From: an uncultured Paludibacter sp.
GTDB lineage: Bacteria; Bacteroidota; Bacteroidia; Bacteroidales; Paludibacteraceae
Length of the DNA stretch: 64,000 bases
Assembly: GCA_964350125.1 (NCBI GenBank)
Contig: CAYGJI010000004.1
Span: 3,443-67,442 of the forward strand
Direction: 5' to 3'
The notes under the pieces were generated by a model. That model made no database searches and was not told the origin of the DNA. It saw nothing but the letters and a program-made list of their open reading frames with translations. Each line of letters begins with the position of its first letter. Positions within the stretch are counted from its first letter, which is position 1. This document shows positions 38,649 to 48,500 of the stretch, in pieces. The position numbers were made by a program, and so were the translations under genes.

Positions 38649-39401
38649 ATGAAATTACAAGGAAAAACTGCCATAGTAACAGGTGGTGCGCGTGATTTAG
38701 GGCGTGCCATCTCAATCAAACTTGCTGCCGAAGGGGCTAAAGTGGTGTTCAATTATTACGATAATCCCGAAGATGCAAATGAAACACTGAAACTTATTCG
38801 TACTGCTGGTGCTGAAGCCATTGCGGTACAGGGCGATATGACAAAAGCCGATGATGTTAAACGCCTTTTCAGTGAAGGTGTCCGGGCTTTTGGCGAGACA
38901 GTTCATGTGCTCGTCAATGTGGTGGGCGGGCTGGTTGGTCGCAAGCAAATTACCGAACAGGATGAAGCCTGGTACCATTTCCTGATGGATGTCAACATGA
39001 AGAGCTGCTGGCTCTGTACCCGCGAAGCAGTGACACACATGACCCAAGGTGGTGCCATTGTGAATTTCTCGTCACTGGCTGCCCGTGATGGGGGAGGTCC
39101 GGGAGCTTCGCTATATGCAACTGCCAAAGGCGCTGTAATGACTTTCACCCGCTCCATGGCCAAAGAGCTGGGGCCTAAAGGTATCCGTGTAAATGCACTG
39201 GCTCCGGGCACAATTGCAACTTCCTTCCACGACAGATTCAATACGCCGGAAAACCGCGAAAAGATGAAGGCCGTTTATCCGCTGCGACGCGAAGGCGATG
39301 CCGGCGATATTGCCGACCTGGTTCTTTTCCTCGCTTGTGCCGATTCTGATTATCTCACAGGTACCAATATCGATATCAATGGAGGGTTGTTTTTTTCGTA
39401 G
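38649..39401 (+). CDS. SDR oxidoreductase, probable DEH reductase
   Basis: TGGARDLG, ARDGGGPGASLYATAKGAV and TSFHD, downstream of kdgF and the MFS. Confidence 0.8.
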   Translation: MKLQGKTAIVTGGARDLGRAISIKLAAEGAKVVFNYYDNPEDANETLKLIRTAGAEAIAVQGDMTKADDVKRLFSEGVRAFGETVHVLVNVVGGLVGRKQITEQDEAWYHFLMDVNMKSCWLCTREAVTHMTQGGAIVNFSSLAARDGGGPGASLYATAKGAVMTFTRSMAKELGPKGIRVNALAPGTIATSFHDRFNTPENREKMKAVYPLRREGDAGDIADLVLFLACADSDYLTGTNIDINGGLFFS

Positions 39402-39535
39402 ATACCCAACATAAGTAACAGGAAAAAAAATAATGTCACATTTTAAACGCCCTCACTCAAGTTCAAAATCCATTGCAAAATAGCTGTCAAAAATTACGAC
39501 CTTATTTTCTTCCTATTACTTAAATCCGGAATATA

Positions 39536-39588
39536 AATACAAGAATCGGGGGCCGACATGGATTTGTCGATTCCCGATTCTTGGTATT
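39536..39588. terminator. Long hairpin closing the PUL
   Basis: AATACAAGAATCGGG..CGACA loop TGTCG..CCCGATTCTTGGTATT. Confidence 0.5.
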
Positions 39589-39666
39589 ATATCAACGTAA
39601 CCGCCTTCAATCAGGAAAAATGCAGGAAATTTTTCCGCAAACAACTTAACTTGTCAAAAAATAAAT

Positions 39667-39696
39667 TATTTTTGCACAATTGTAATTATTACAATT
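39667..39696 (+). promoter_or_regulatory. cydAB promoter -7 box followed by a 19-bp palindrome
   Basis: TATTTTTG at 39667-39674 and AATTGTAAT-T-ATTACAATT at 39678-39696. Confidence 0.65.
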
Positions 39697-39785
39697 CGTA
39701 GTCCGGATTTGTAAGGTGCAAAAAGGATATTATTAATTGAACACAAAATAATTTTCAATATATCATTTAATTACCACGAAAAATT

Positions 39786-41333
39786 ATGGAATTACCCGAT
39801 GTTTCGTTGTTGAACTGGTCGCGCTCACAATTCGCGCTGACTGCCATGTATCACTGGATATTTGTGCCCCTGACACTCGGATTGGGAGTGATCATGGCGA
39901 TCATGGAAACAATTTACTATAAAACAGGCAAAGAAGAATGGAAAAAGGCCACCAAATTCTGGATGACCCTTTTCGCCATTAATTTTGCCTGCGGTGTTGC
40001 CACAGGTATCATTATGGAGTTTCAGTTTGGGACCAACTGGTCGAATTACAGCTTGTTTGTAGGCGATATCTTTGGTGCGCCATTGGCTATCGAAGGTTTG
40101 CTGGCATTCTTTCTTGAGGCAACTTTCATCTCTGTGATGTTGTTTGGCTGGAACAAGGTAAGTAAAGGTTTTCACCTGACTGCTACCTGGCTCACCATGT
40201 TGGGAGCAACGCTTTCTGCATTATGGATTCTGATTGCTAATGCCTGGATGCAATATCCTGTCGGCATGCAATTCAACCCCGATACAGCCCGCAATGAAAT
40301 GATCGATTTCTGGGCTATTGTGTTTTCACCGGTGGCTATCAATAAGTTCCTGCATACTGTGTTTTCAGCATGGATCGTTGGCGGATTGTTTGTTATAGGG
40401 GTCAGTTCCTGGTACCTGCTGAAGAAAAGAGAAATCGATTTTGCACTGAAAAGCATACGTGTCGGAGCTATCTTCGGCCTTATTGCTTCAGTACTTGTAA
40501 TTGCAACCGGCGATGGTTCAGCTTATCAGGTTGCACAGAAGCAACCCATGAAACTCGCTGCTATGGAAGGAATGTACGAGGGTAAAGAAGGAGCGAATAT
40601 CGTTGCTTTTGGTCTGCTTAATCCTGATAAAAAATGGGATAACAACGAAGAAACGTATCATTTTAAAGTCGATGTGCCCATCCCTAAATTACTATCCCTG
40701 CTCAGTTACCGTGATGCCAATGCTTTTGTGCCCGGTATCAAAGATATCATCGAAGGTTATACCCTTTCGGATGGTACCGTAGTGCCTTCCTTCGCTGAAA
40801 AACAAGCCAGCGGCCGTCAGGCAATCGATGCGTTGCGACAATACCACATAGCCAAAGATGCAAAAAACGATTCATTGGCTGCTGCACACAAGGCAGTGCT
40901 CGATGCTAATTTTCATAATTTTGGCTATGGTTACCTCCAAAATCCTTCAGACATCATTCCCAACGTCGCACTCACTTTCTATTCGTTCCACATTATGGTA
41001 GCGCTGGGTTTCTGGTTCCTCCTGTTATTTGCAGTGTTTTTGCTCGTGCTGTGGCGTAAAAAACTTGAAAATGCCCAATGGCTACACTGGGCTGCGTTGC
41101 TTACGATTCCCCTGGGATACGTGGCCAGTCAAACCGGCTGGATTGTGGCCGAATTTGGTAGGCAACCCTGGGCTATTCAGGATATTCTTCCGGTTCAGGC
41201 TGCACTTTCAAGTGTGTCGGCCGGTTCGGTAATCGTCACTTTCTCCCTGTTCCTGTTGCTGTTTACCGCCCTGCTGATTGCCGAAATACGTATCATTGTA
41301 AAACAAATTCAAAAGGGACCGGGTGAGCATTGA
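39786..41333 (+). CDS. cydA: Cytochrome bd ubiquinol oxidase subunit I
   Basis: SRSQFALTAMYHWIFVPLT, EFQFGTNW, ANAWMQ, QPMKLAAMEG and GWIVAEFGRQPW. Confidence 0.97.
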   Translation: MELPDVSLLNWSRSQFALTAMYHWIFVPLTLGLGVIMAIMETIYYKTGKEEWKKATKFWMTLFAINFACGVATGIIMEFQFGTNWSNYSLFVGDIFGAPLAIEGLLAFFLEATFISVMLFGWNKVSKGFHLTATWLTMLGATLSALWILIANAWMQYPVGMQFNPDTARNEMIDFWAIVFSPVAINKFLHTVFSAWIVGGLFVIGVSSWYLLKKREIDFALKSIRVGAIFGLIASVLVIATGDGSAYQVAQKQPMKLAAMEGMYEGKEGANIVAFGLLNPDKKWDNNEETYHFKVDVPIPKLLSLLSYRDANAFVPGIKDIIEGYTLSDGTVVPSFAEKQASGRQAIDALRQYHIAKDAKNDSLAAAHKAVLDANFHNFGYGYLQNPSDIIPNVALTFYSFHIMVALGFWFLLLFAVFLLVLWRKKLENAQWLHWAALLTIPLGYVASQTGWIVAEFGRQPWAIQDILPVQAALSSVSAGSVIVTFSLFLLLFTALLIAEIRIIVKQIQKGPGEH

Positions 41334-41387
41334 GTTTCTTCAGTAATTAGTCAGAAAATAACAAAATAACGAATAACATAAATTACT

Positions 41388-42533
41388 ATGATGACATATG
41401 CATTTCTTCAGCATTACTGGTGGTTCCTGATCTCATTGCTCGGTGGACTGCTCACTTTTCTGCTATTCATTCAGGGTGGACAATCCCTGCTTTTTTCGCT
41501 TTCGAAAACAGAGGATGAAAAACGATTACTCGTAAATGTACTCGGACGGAAATGGGAATTTACTTTCACAACACTCGTTACTTTCGGAGGTGCTTTTTTT
41601 GCGTCTTTTCCCCTGTTTTATTCCACCAGTTTTGGAGGCGCATACTGGGTGTGGATGATCATTCTTTTCGCTTTCATCATTCAGGCCTTTTCGTACGAGT
41701 TTCAGTCAAAGCCCGGCAATGTTTATGGAAAAACAACCTATCGCAGTTTGCTTTATATTAATGGCTTGCTGGGAACTTTCCTCATTGGGGTAGCAGTTGC
41801 TACTTTTTTTACCGGTTCCGATTTTACCGTAGGAAAAGGCAATATTACCAACATCCTTTCGCCTGCGGTAAGTCGCTGGGGGAGTGGCTGGCATGGCCTC
41901 GAAGCATTGCTCAATATACGCAATCTTCTGCTTGGCTTTTCGGTATTCTTTCTGGCCCGCACCATCGCTCTGCTTTACTTCATCAACCGGTTAAAAAACG
42001 AAGTTCTCGAAAAACGCTCCTATCAATTTTTGCTTTACAATGCTTTGCCTTTTGTGGTGTTGTTCGTAACTTTTGTGATTACACTTATGCTTGCCGAAGG
42101 ATATGCTGTCGATGCTGAAGGAATTGTGTACATGGAAAAGTATAAATACTTTTTCAATCTGGTTCAAATGCCAGTTGTTGGCATTTTGTTCTTGGTTGGC
42201 GTATTGCTGGTGCTTTATGGCGTAATCGCAACCCTGTTGAATACCCGGTTCAAAAAAGGAATTTGGTTCAGTGGGCTGGGTACGGTGATTACTGTTACCA
42301 TGCTTTTCCTGATTGCAGGTTACAATAATACTGCTTTTTATCCTTCGTATGCTGATCTGCAAAGTTCATTAACCATCTTCAATGCTTCGTCCAGCGATTT
42401 CACACTTAGAGCCATGGCCTGGGCTTCGCTCCTGATTCCGGTAGTTGTTGTGTATGTGTTTATAGCCTGGAGGTCGATGGAAAAGAAAAGAACTGATATT
42501 CAGGATGTGAACGACGATAGTCACGCATACTAA
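41388..42533 (+). CDS. cydB: Cytochrome bd ubiquinol oxidase subunit II
   Basis: GRKWEFTFTTLVTFGGAFFASFPLFY and SLTIFNASSS, following cydA. Confidence 0.95.
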   Translation: MMTYAFLQHYWWFLISLLGGLLTFLLFIQGGQSLLFSLSKTEDEKRLLVNVLGRKWEFTFTTLVTFGGAFFASFPLFYSTSFGGAYWVWMIILFAFIIQAFSYEFQSKPGNVYGKTTYRSLLYINGLLGTFLIGVAVATFFTGSDFTVGKGNITNILSPAVSRWGSGWHGLEALLNIRNLLLGFSVFFLARTIALLYFINRLKNEVLEKRSYQFLLYNALPFVVLFVTFVITLMLAEGYAVDAEGIVYMEKYKYFFNLVQMPVVGILFLVGVLLVLYGVIATLLNTRFKKGIWFSGLGTVITVTMLFLIAGYNNTAFYPSYADLQSSLTIFNASSSDFTLRAMAWASLLIPVVVVYVFIAWRSMEKKRTDIQDVNDDSHAY

Positions 42534-42550
42534 ATATCGATTGAAAGAAC

Positions 42551-42590
42551 TAAATTTCCGCTGAATTGTTATAATTTAGCGGAAATTTTA
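42551..42590 (+). terminator. Hairpin terminator after cydB
   Basis: AAATTTCCGCTGAATT...AATTTAGCGGAAATTT. Confidence 0.7.
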
Positions 42591-42701
42591 TTTCAACCAT
42601 ACAACATTTTGCAGCCAATTTTCATCTGAACATTGTTCTGCATGAAGTTTTTAATATTTCCTGAATAACCGGAAATGAATGAACTCAAAATATTAATTCT
42701 T

Positions 42702-44186
42702 ATGAAGACACAACTCACCGTTTTTTCGTTGATCCTGATGATGTTTTTGCAGGGCTTGAATCCCATAATGGCTCAGGATTTGAAAAATGACATGCGCGAA
42801 AGTTTCGCAGTGGTTCCCGCTGTCCCTTCTCCCTTCGACAGCATCTATGTAGTGTACAATTATATTTCAAACGATGGTTGCCCAGATTACTTACTGGTAG
42901 TTGATTCGATAGTGGGCAATAAAGTATATGTCCAAAGAAAAGACATTGAACCTAAACCTGAAGTGTGCACCATGGTTATCCGGCAATTTACTGTCCGTGT
43001 AAATCTGGGTGTGCTCGATGAAGGCACAGAAATTTATTTCCGTGGAAAACTGATTAAAAAAGTAACCTATAAATGCGAAATGAACAAATTAGGGATGGTA
43101 ATTGAAGGAATTGATGGTTGCACAGGCGAATTATTCATCCGCGAAATCTTCATCAATGCCATTGGTCTGACTCCCCACTTATATAAAATACAGCCCAAAG
43201 AAGGAATTAAGCTGAAACCAGGCGACAGAGTTAAATTCGGAGCTTACAAATTGCCAACTCCTCCTTCCATACTGTGCCCCATTGTGGGTGTGGCTGCATG
43301 CTACGAATTACTGGCTCCCGTCAACGCATACAGCATTACCGGAAAAGCCATGGCAGGCGAACAGGAATTGCTTTCGGGCCGTGCGATTCTTATCCGCAAA
43401 GACCTGCGCCGTACCTGGGGTCTAAGCACAATCTTTAACGGGAAATATGCCTTTGCCAATGTTCCCGAGGGTATTTATACCGTTTATGTTTTACCCGATC
43501 GTACCCTTTACAGGCAGTTCATACCTACTTTCTATGTGGATAAACTCCGGATTTCAGATGCCAATTACTTTGAGTTGAAGGAGAATATTGATGATCTTAC
43601 TGTATTGTTGCAGAAGGTGCAGAAGAAGGACGGAGGTGGACGAATACACGGCAATATTACTTTTGAGCATGAAAATTTACGCGATAGTTTAATAGCTGAA
43701 AGAAGTACCGATCCTGTGAATAAACGTTCTGCTTCCAACATCCCTGTGATGCTGCTCGATGGTCGCAATCTGCCTGTGGCATGGACTACTACTGATAATG
43801 AGGGAGATTACGAATTTAGCGGTCTCGCTGCTGATAAGTATCGTGTTGTTCCCGAGGCAATTAGTGCTGTAGGCGAAAAGGAAGTGTTATTAACGAGTGT
43901 TAGCAATAACCTGACAGTTGACCTGCAACTGAAAAGCCCGTCGGAAACAACATCAAATCCCGAGGTGAAGGAAAATGAACTACCCGTTTATCCGAATCCG
44001 TTTAGTAGTGAACTGTATGTAAATGCCGCATCTTCCGGCTATGTGCAGGTTTATAATACTATTGGTCAGTTAGTTCACAAACAGTTGTTGCACGAAGGAA
44101 AGAATATGCTCGACTTGAGCAGCATGCAACAGGGAATGCTGCTGCTAAAAACTCCTGATGGAACCTTCAGAGTGATAAAAAAATAA
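42702..44186 (+). CDS. T9SS-secreted protein with carboxypeptidase-regulatory-like (prealbumin-fold) domains
   Basis: Signal peptide, TTTDNEGDYEFSGL and CTD YPNPFSSELYV...YNTIGQ...RVIKK. Confidence 0.75.
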   Translation: MKTQLTVFSLILMMFLQGLNPIMAQDLKNDMRESFAVVPAVPSPFDSIYVVYNYISNDGCPDYLLVVDSIVGNKVYVQRKDIEPKPEVCTMVIRQFTVRVNLGVLDEGTEIYFRGKLIKKVTYKCEMNKLGMVIEGIDGCTGELFIREIFINAIGLTPHLYKIQPKEGIKLKPGDRVKFGAYKLPTPPSILCPIVGVAACYELLAPVNAYSITGKAMAGEQELLSGRAILIRKDLRRTWGLSTIFNGKYAFANVPEGIYTVYVLPDRTLYRQFIPTFYVDKLRISDANYFELKENIDDLTVLLQKVQKKDGGGRIHGNITFEHENLRDSLIAERSTDPVNKRSASNIPVMLLDGRNLPVAWTTTDNEGDYEFSGLAADKYRVVPEAISAVGEKEVLLTSVSNNLTVDLQLKSPSETTSNPEVKENELPVYPNPFSSELYVNAASSGYVQVYNTIGQLVHKQLLHEGKNMLDLSSMQQGMLLLKTPDGTFRVIKK

Positions 44187-44329
44187 CGACGAAAGGCGTT
44201 TTAAACAGCGGTTATTCTTCGGTTCGTGAATCCACAGGGTAACCGTTGTTTTTTCAGAATGGCTGAGCATTGGTTAACGGAATGATTTTATAATGAGATA
44301 TATGTTGTTTTTTTAAAATGTTTTGAGTT

Positions 44330-45079
44330 ATGAGAACGATCCGTTTTGCTTTGTTTTTTTTGATGACAACTTTGTTGTTCACTGCTTGTTTTGATGATGA
44401 TGGCTATTCGCTCAGTAAATTCTGGGTTGATATCGCCACTATAGAAAATCCTGAAGAGAAAAGTGCTTTCTTTGTGCGGCTCGACGACAATACGCTGCTT
44501 TGGACAGCCGCTTCCAACTTTGTGAACTACCGGCCCAAAAATGGTCAACGGGTACTGGCAAATTATACCATCCTCTGGGATAAGAGAGCTACCGGTTTGT
44601 ACGACTACGATGTGAAACTCAACGATGTGTATGAGGTGCTGACTAAAGGGATTTTCTATATCACCCCGCAGACTCAGGACAGTATCGGAAACGATTCTAT
44701 CAAAATTAACGATATCTGGATTGGCAGCAGATTCCTGAATGTGGAATTCATTTATCAGGGTTTTGAAAAAATACATTTCATCAATCTTGTAAAAGATACG
44801 ACCAGAACTTCTACCGATGGAAAAGTGCACCTTGAATTCAGACATAATGCCAATAACGACCCGGGAATTTATAATCGATGGGGACTGGTTTCCTTCGATA
44901 TCAGTTCGCTGAAAAGAAACGATGTCGATTCGGTTCAACTGGTTGTGCATGTGAATGTTCCAAATCAGATTGCTGATAAACAATATGAACTTACTTATCG
45001 GTACAACCAACCGACGGCAGTGAAAAAGCCCGGTCGCCGAATGCAACCTGCTCCCATTGATAAGGCTCAAATTCGCTGA
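44330..45079 (+). CDS. NigD-like lipoprotein
   Basis: Lipobox FTAC-FDDDGYSL, GQRVLANYT, DSIGNDSI, HFINLV and LEFRHNA. Confidence 0.8.
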   Translation: MRTIRFALFFLMTTLLFTACFDDDGYSLSKFWVDIATIENPEEKSAFFVRLDDNTLLWTAASNFVNYRPKNGQRVLANYTILWDKRATGLYDYDVKLNDVYEVLTKGIFYITPQTQDSIGNDSIKINDIWIGSRFLNVEFIYQGFEKIHFINLVKDTTRTSTDGKVHLEFRHNANNDPGIYNRWGLVSFDISSLKRNDVDSVQLVVHVNVPNQIADKQYELTYRYNQPTAVKKPGRRMQPAPIDKAQIR

Positions 45080-45107
45080 TGTTTATTTGAAATTTGGAAA
45101 TTAATAT

Positions 45108-45186
45108 TATCTTTGTGTAACATTTGTTACACTTCAAGAGGTTAGCACCTGTTTGAATGACAAGTTCAGACAGGTGCTTTTATTTT
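45108..45186 (+). promoter_or_regulatory. Promoter, 18-bp palindrome and terminator-like hairpin in the TBDR-hem leader
   Basis: TATCTTTG at 45108-45115, GTGTAACA-TT-TGTTACAC at 45115-45132, and AGCACCTGTTTGAA/TTCAGACAGGTGCT at 45144-45178 followed by TTTATTTT. Confidence 0.65.
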
Positions 45187-45201
45187 AAAAACACACGGAT
45201 A

Positions 45202-47301
45202 ATGCAAAAAATAATTATTTTATTCATAGCTGCTATCTTGATATATAATAGCTTACTTGCTGAAGTTCCCGGAGAGTCAAATCCTGTATCCGACGAGGTG
45301 AAACTCAGCGAACTGGTGGTTAATGCTTCGCGTACACAAACCTTGTTGAAAGAGATGCCCACTGCAGTTACAGTGTTGCCGGCTTCACTACTTTCCGACA
45401 ACGAAGTATTTTCGATTACACAGGCATCGGCCATGATTCCGAATTTTTATATGCCCGATTATGGCACCAAATTAACGTCACCGGTTTACATCCGGGGAAT
45501 GGGCTCTCGTATCAATGCACCTTCTGTGGGCATGTATGTCGATGGAATTCCCTACTTCGAAAAGGCTGCTTTCAATTTCGATTTTTTCGATGTGCAGAAA
45601 ATAGAAGTACTGCGTGGCCCTCAGGGAACTTTGTTTGGTCGTAACAGCATGGGAGGATTGATTAACATCACTACCCGCTCACCTTTCGATTATCAGGGAA
45701 CGCATGTGCTGGTTAGTTCCGGAAATTACGGATTGGGCAGAATTAATGCCGGTCATTACCAGTTGCTTTCCGATAAACTGGCTTACAGTGTGGCTGCATC
45801 ATTTCTTCAACAGGGCGGCTTTCATACCAATACCACTCTCAACAGAAAGGCTGACAAGCTGAGTTCCTACGGGCTCAGGTTTAAGTTGCAATATAAGATG
45901 AATGAGCGGTGGTCGGCCGACTTTTCGACCAATACTGATTATAGCGAACAGTCGGGCTATCCCTACGCACCCTTCAATAAAACTACGCTTACCTCAGGAG
46001 ATATAGTTTATAATCAGGCAAGTGGTTACAGCAGGCTATTAATGTCCAATGCGCTTAAAGTCAATTATCAGGGAAAGGGTTGGAATTTTGCGAACACCCT
46101 GTCGCACCAATTTCTCAACGACAATCAGTTACTCGATCAGGATTTCGGTCCCGACTCCATTTATTTTGCTCAGCAAAGGCAAAATCAGCATCATCTTGCC
46201 AACGAAGCCATTTTTCAGTCTTCAGGAAATACCCGGTACAAATGGCTCACCGGAGTGTTTGTTTTTATGCAGGATGTAAACAATGAAGTTGAAGTTGATT
46301 TTTATAAAGCGCCAACACCGGGTGGTATCCGCAAAATGTGGTATCAGATGGATTTTATGCCAAAAACACTCGGTGCAGCACTCTTTCATCAGTCGGATTA
46401 CCGCATCCTGCCGGGCTTAACACTTACTGCCGGATTGCGCTACGACTATGAACATTCGGAATTACATTACCGTTATCAGGGAAGGTTGGCCGGAAATAAT
46501 CTTCCAGCGGTGGATACCGCTTATCAGGCACTAAATGATGCAATGATGCTTCCTAAATTGGCCGTATCGTGGGCAGTTCATCCCGATGTGAATATTTACG
46601 CATCCTATGCAACAGGCTACAAGCCAGGAGGGTTCAATGTGGCTTTCGAGCGTCCCGAACACCTGATGTTCAAAAAGGAAACGAGTTATAATTTCGAAAC
46701 CGGAGTGAAAACATCACTTTTCAATTATTTGTTTGCTGAAGGTGCTTTTTTTTATGCCATGCTCGAAAATCAACAGATTTACCGTACTGCACCAAGTGGG
46801 CGGGGATCCTATCTCGACAATTCAGGCTTGTCGCGCAATATGGGTTTTGAACTCAGCCTTTCTAACAGTAGTTTTTACGGATTCGTGGCTGCGGCGGCCT
46901 ATGGTTTTACCCATGCCGAAATTCTGGAGTACGTTCTGAATGATAATGTCAACTACAACAATAAGTTAACACCTTATATTCCCCGGCACACCCTTGCACT
47001 TCAGGCAACACAAACTTTGATTTTCCCCGAAGCCGCATGGATTGAAAAGCTTAAACTTCATGTGTCGTATCAACAGACCGGCGAATTGTACTGGAACCTG
47101 TCGAATACGCTGCAGGAAGCTGGCTATGGAATTCTGAATGCCAAAATTGCACTGATAAAAAATAATATTCAAATCGATTTCTGGGGAAAGAATCTTACAA
47201 ACACCCAATATAATGCCTTCATTTTTGAAGTGGGGCCTGCTGCCTATGCTCAGAAATCGAAACCTTTGCAGGCAGGAGCTACAATCACCTGGAAGTTATA
47301 A
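45202..47301 (+). CDS. TonB-dependent receptor (FyuA/pesticin-receptor-like)
   Basis: PDYGTKLTSPVYIRG, IEVLRGPQGTLFGRNSMGG and GYKPGGFN. Confidence 0.9.
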   Translation: MQKIIILFIAAILIYNSLLAEVPGESNPVSDEVKLSELVVNASRTQTLLKEMPTAVTVLPASLLSDNEVFSITQASAMIPNFYMPDYGTKLTSPVYIRGMGSRINAPSVGMYVDGIPYFEKAAFNFDFFDVQKIEVLRGPQGTLFGRNSMGGLINITTRSPFDYQGTHVLVSSGNYGLGRINAGHYQLLSDKLAYSVAASFLQQGGFHTNTTLNRKADKLSSYGLRFKLQYKMNERWSADFSTNTDYSEQSGYPYAPFNKTTLTSGDIVYNQASGYSRLLMSNALKVNYQGKGWNFANTLSHQFLNDNQLLDQDFGPDSIYFAQQRQNQHHLANEAIFQSSGNTRYKWLTGVFVFMQDVNNEVEVDFYKAPTPGGIRKMWYQMDFMPKTLGAALFHQSDYRILPGLTLTAGLRYDYEHSELHYRYQGRLAGNNLPAVDTAYQALNDAMMLPKLAVSWAVHPDVNIYASYATGYKPGGFNVAFERPEHLMFKKETSYNFETGVKTSLFNYLFAEGAFFYAMLENQQIYRTAPSGRGSYLDNSGLSRNMGFELSLSNSSFYGFVAAAAYGFTHAEILEYVLNDNVNYNNKLTPYIPRHTLALQATQTLIFPEAAWIEKLKLHVSYQQTGELYWNLSNTLQEAGYGILNAKIALIKNNIQIDFWGKNLTNTQYNAFIFEVGPAAYAQKSKPLQAGATITWKL

Positions 47302-48500
47302 TGAAACAGAAGTATTTTACCCTTTTCAGCCTGTACATTGCTCAGTCGGTGCCGATGAGCTTCTTTACAACGGTTGTTCCTGTCATCATGCGACAGGAAC
47401 AATTTTCGTTGCAGGCTATCGGGCTACTTCAGTTGGTGAAACTCCCCTGGATACTGAAATTCCTGTGGGCCCCGCTGGTTGATAATACATCACGAAGCCG
47501 GAAGCAACTCCGTCGTTGGATAGTGCTTTCGGAGATTTTTTACGCAGCCATCATTTTGCTTATCAGCCTGTTCGGACTCGAAACCCATTTCGGACTTATC
47601 GTGGCACTGATGGTGGTATCTGTGTTTGCCTCCTCCACCCAGGACATTGCCACCGACATTTTTGCAATCCGCATCCTCAGCAAAGAAGAAAAGCCTTATG
47701 GGAATGCAGTGCAATCTGCAGGTAGTTTTGTAGGTAGTTTGCTTGGGACTGGTGTGCTGCTTTTTGCTTACCACCTGTTCGGCTGGAGTGTCTTACTCTG
47801 GATTTTAGCTGCATTGGTTTTGGTTGCTGTTTTACCGCTTTATAGTTCCAAAATTGAAATCAAAAGTCAGGAACGCGACAGGCAAGGGGTTTTGGTTAAG
47901 GATATTTTTCTTTTCTTCAGAGGAAAAAGGCAAAAATTGCGTTTGTTTTTGCTGATTTTTTATTTTTCCGGACTGGCAGGTATTCTGGCTATGCTCAAAC
48001 CCTATATGGTAGATTTGGGCTACGATATCGTGCAGATTGGTTTTGCTTCCGGTATCCTCGGTACTTCAACTGCAGCGCTGGCTTCAATTCTTGGTGCCCA
48101 CCTGATTAAATTTTCCGGGCGCGGATTTTCGCTCATTGTTTTTGCCTTTATCAATGTTATTGCAGGCTTGTTTTTCTGGATAATTGCCGGAAATACTCCT
48201 TCTCAAAGCATCCTTTATCTGGCTATTTGTACGCTCTGGGCAGCTTATGGCTTCTCGATGGTGGCCATTTTTACCAGCTCAATGGATGAAGTGAGACCCG
48301 GTTGTGAGGGAACTGATTTTACGGTGCAAATCATGATTACCCACATCAGTTCGATGTTGATTGCAGTGCTGAGTGGTAAGCTGGCTGATGTGGCTGGTTA
48401 TCAGGTCTTATTCGGAATACAGATGGCACTTTCCCTGATTTCTTTTCCGCTGTTATTGTCTTTGTATCCGGTTGATTTCAACAAGTTTCGTTTTAAATGA
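47301..48500 (+). CDS. MFS permease, AmpG/RhtX/FptX type
   Basis: LYIAQSVP, LPWILKFLWAPLVD, STQDIATD and EGTDFTVQ. TAATG coupling to the TBDR. Confidence 0.85.
   Translation: MKQKYFTLFSLYIAQSVPMSFFTTVVPVIMRQEQFSLQAIGLLQLVKLPWILKFLWAPLVDNTSRSRKQLRRWIVLSEIFYAAIILLISLFGLETHFGLIVALMVVSVFASSTQDIATDIFAIRILSKEEKPYGNAVQSAGSFVGSLLGTGVLLFAYHLFGWSVLLWILAALVLVAVLPLYSSKIEIKSQERDRQGVLVKDIFLFFRGKRQKLRLFLLIFYFSGLAGILAMLKPYMVDLGYDIVQIGFASGILGTSTAALASILGAHLIKFSGRGFSLIVFAFINVIAGLFFWIIAGNTPSQSILYLAICTLWAAYGFSMVAIFTSSMDEVRPGCEGTDFTVQIMITHISSMLIAVLSGKLADVAGYQVLFGIQMALSLISFPLLLSLYPVDFNKFRFK

Noticed and set aside
44288..45070. 260-aa minus-strand ORF (similar cases at 4090-4884, 15264-16079, 35190-36059 and 58733-59449)
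   Set aside because: Each lies essentially entirely antisense to a well-supported gene and shows no recognisable motifs.
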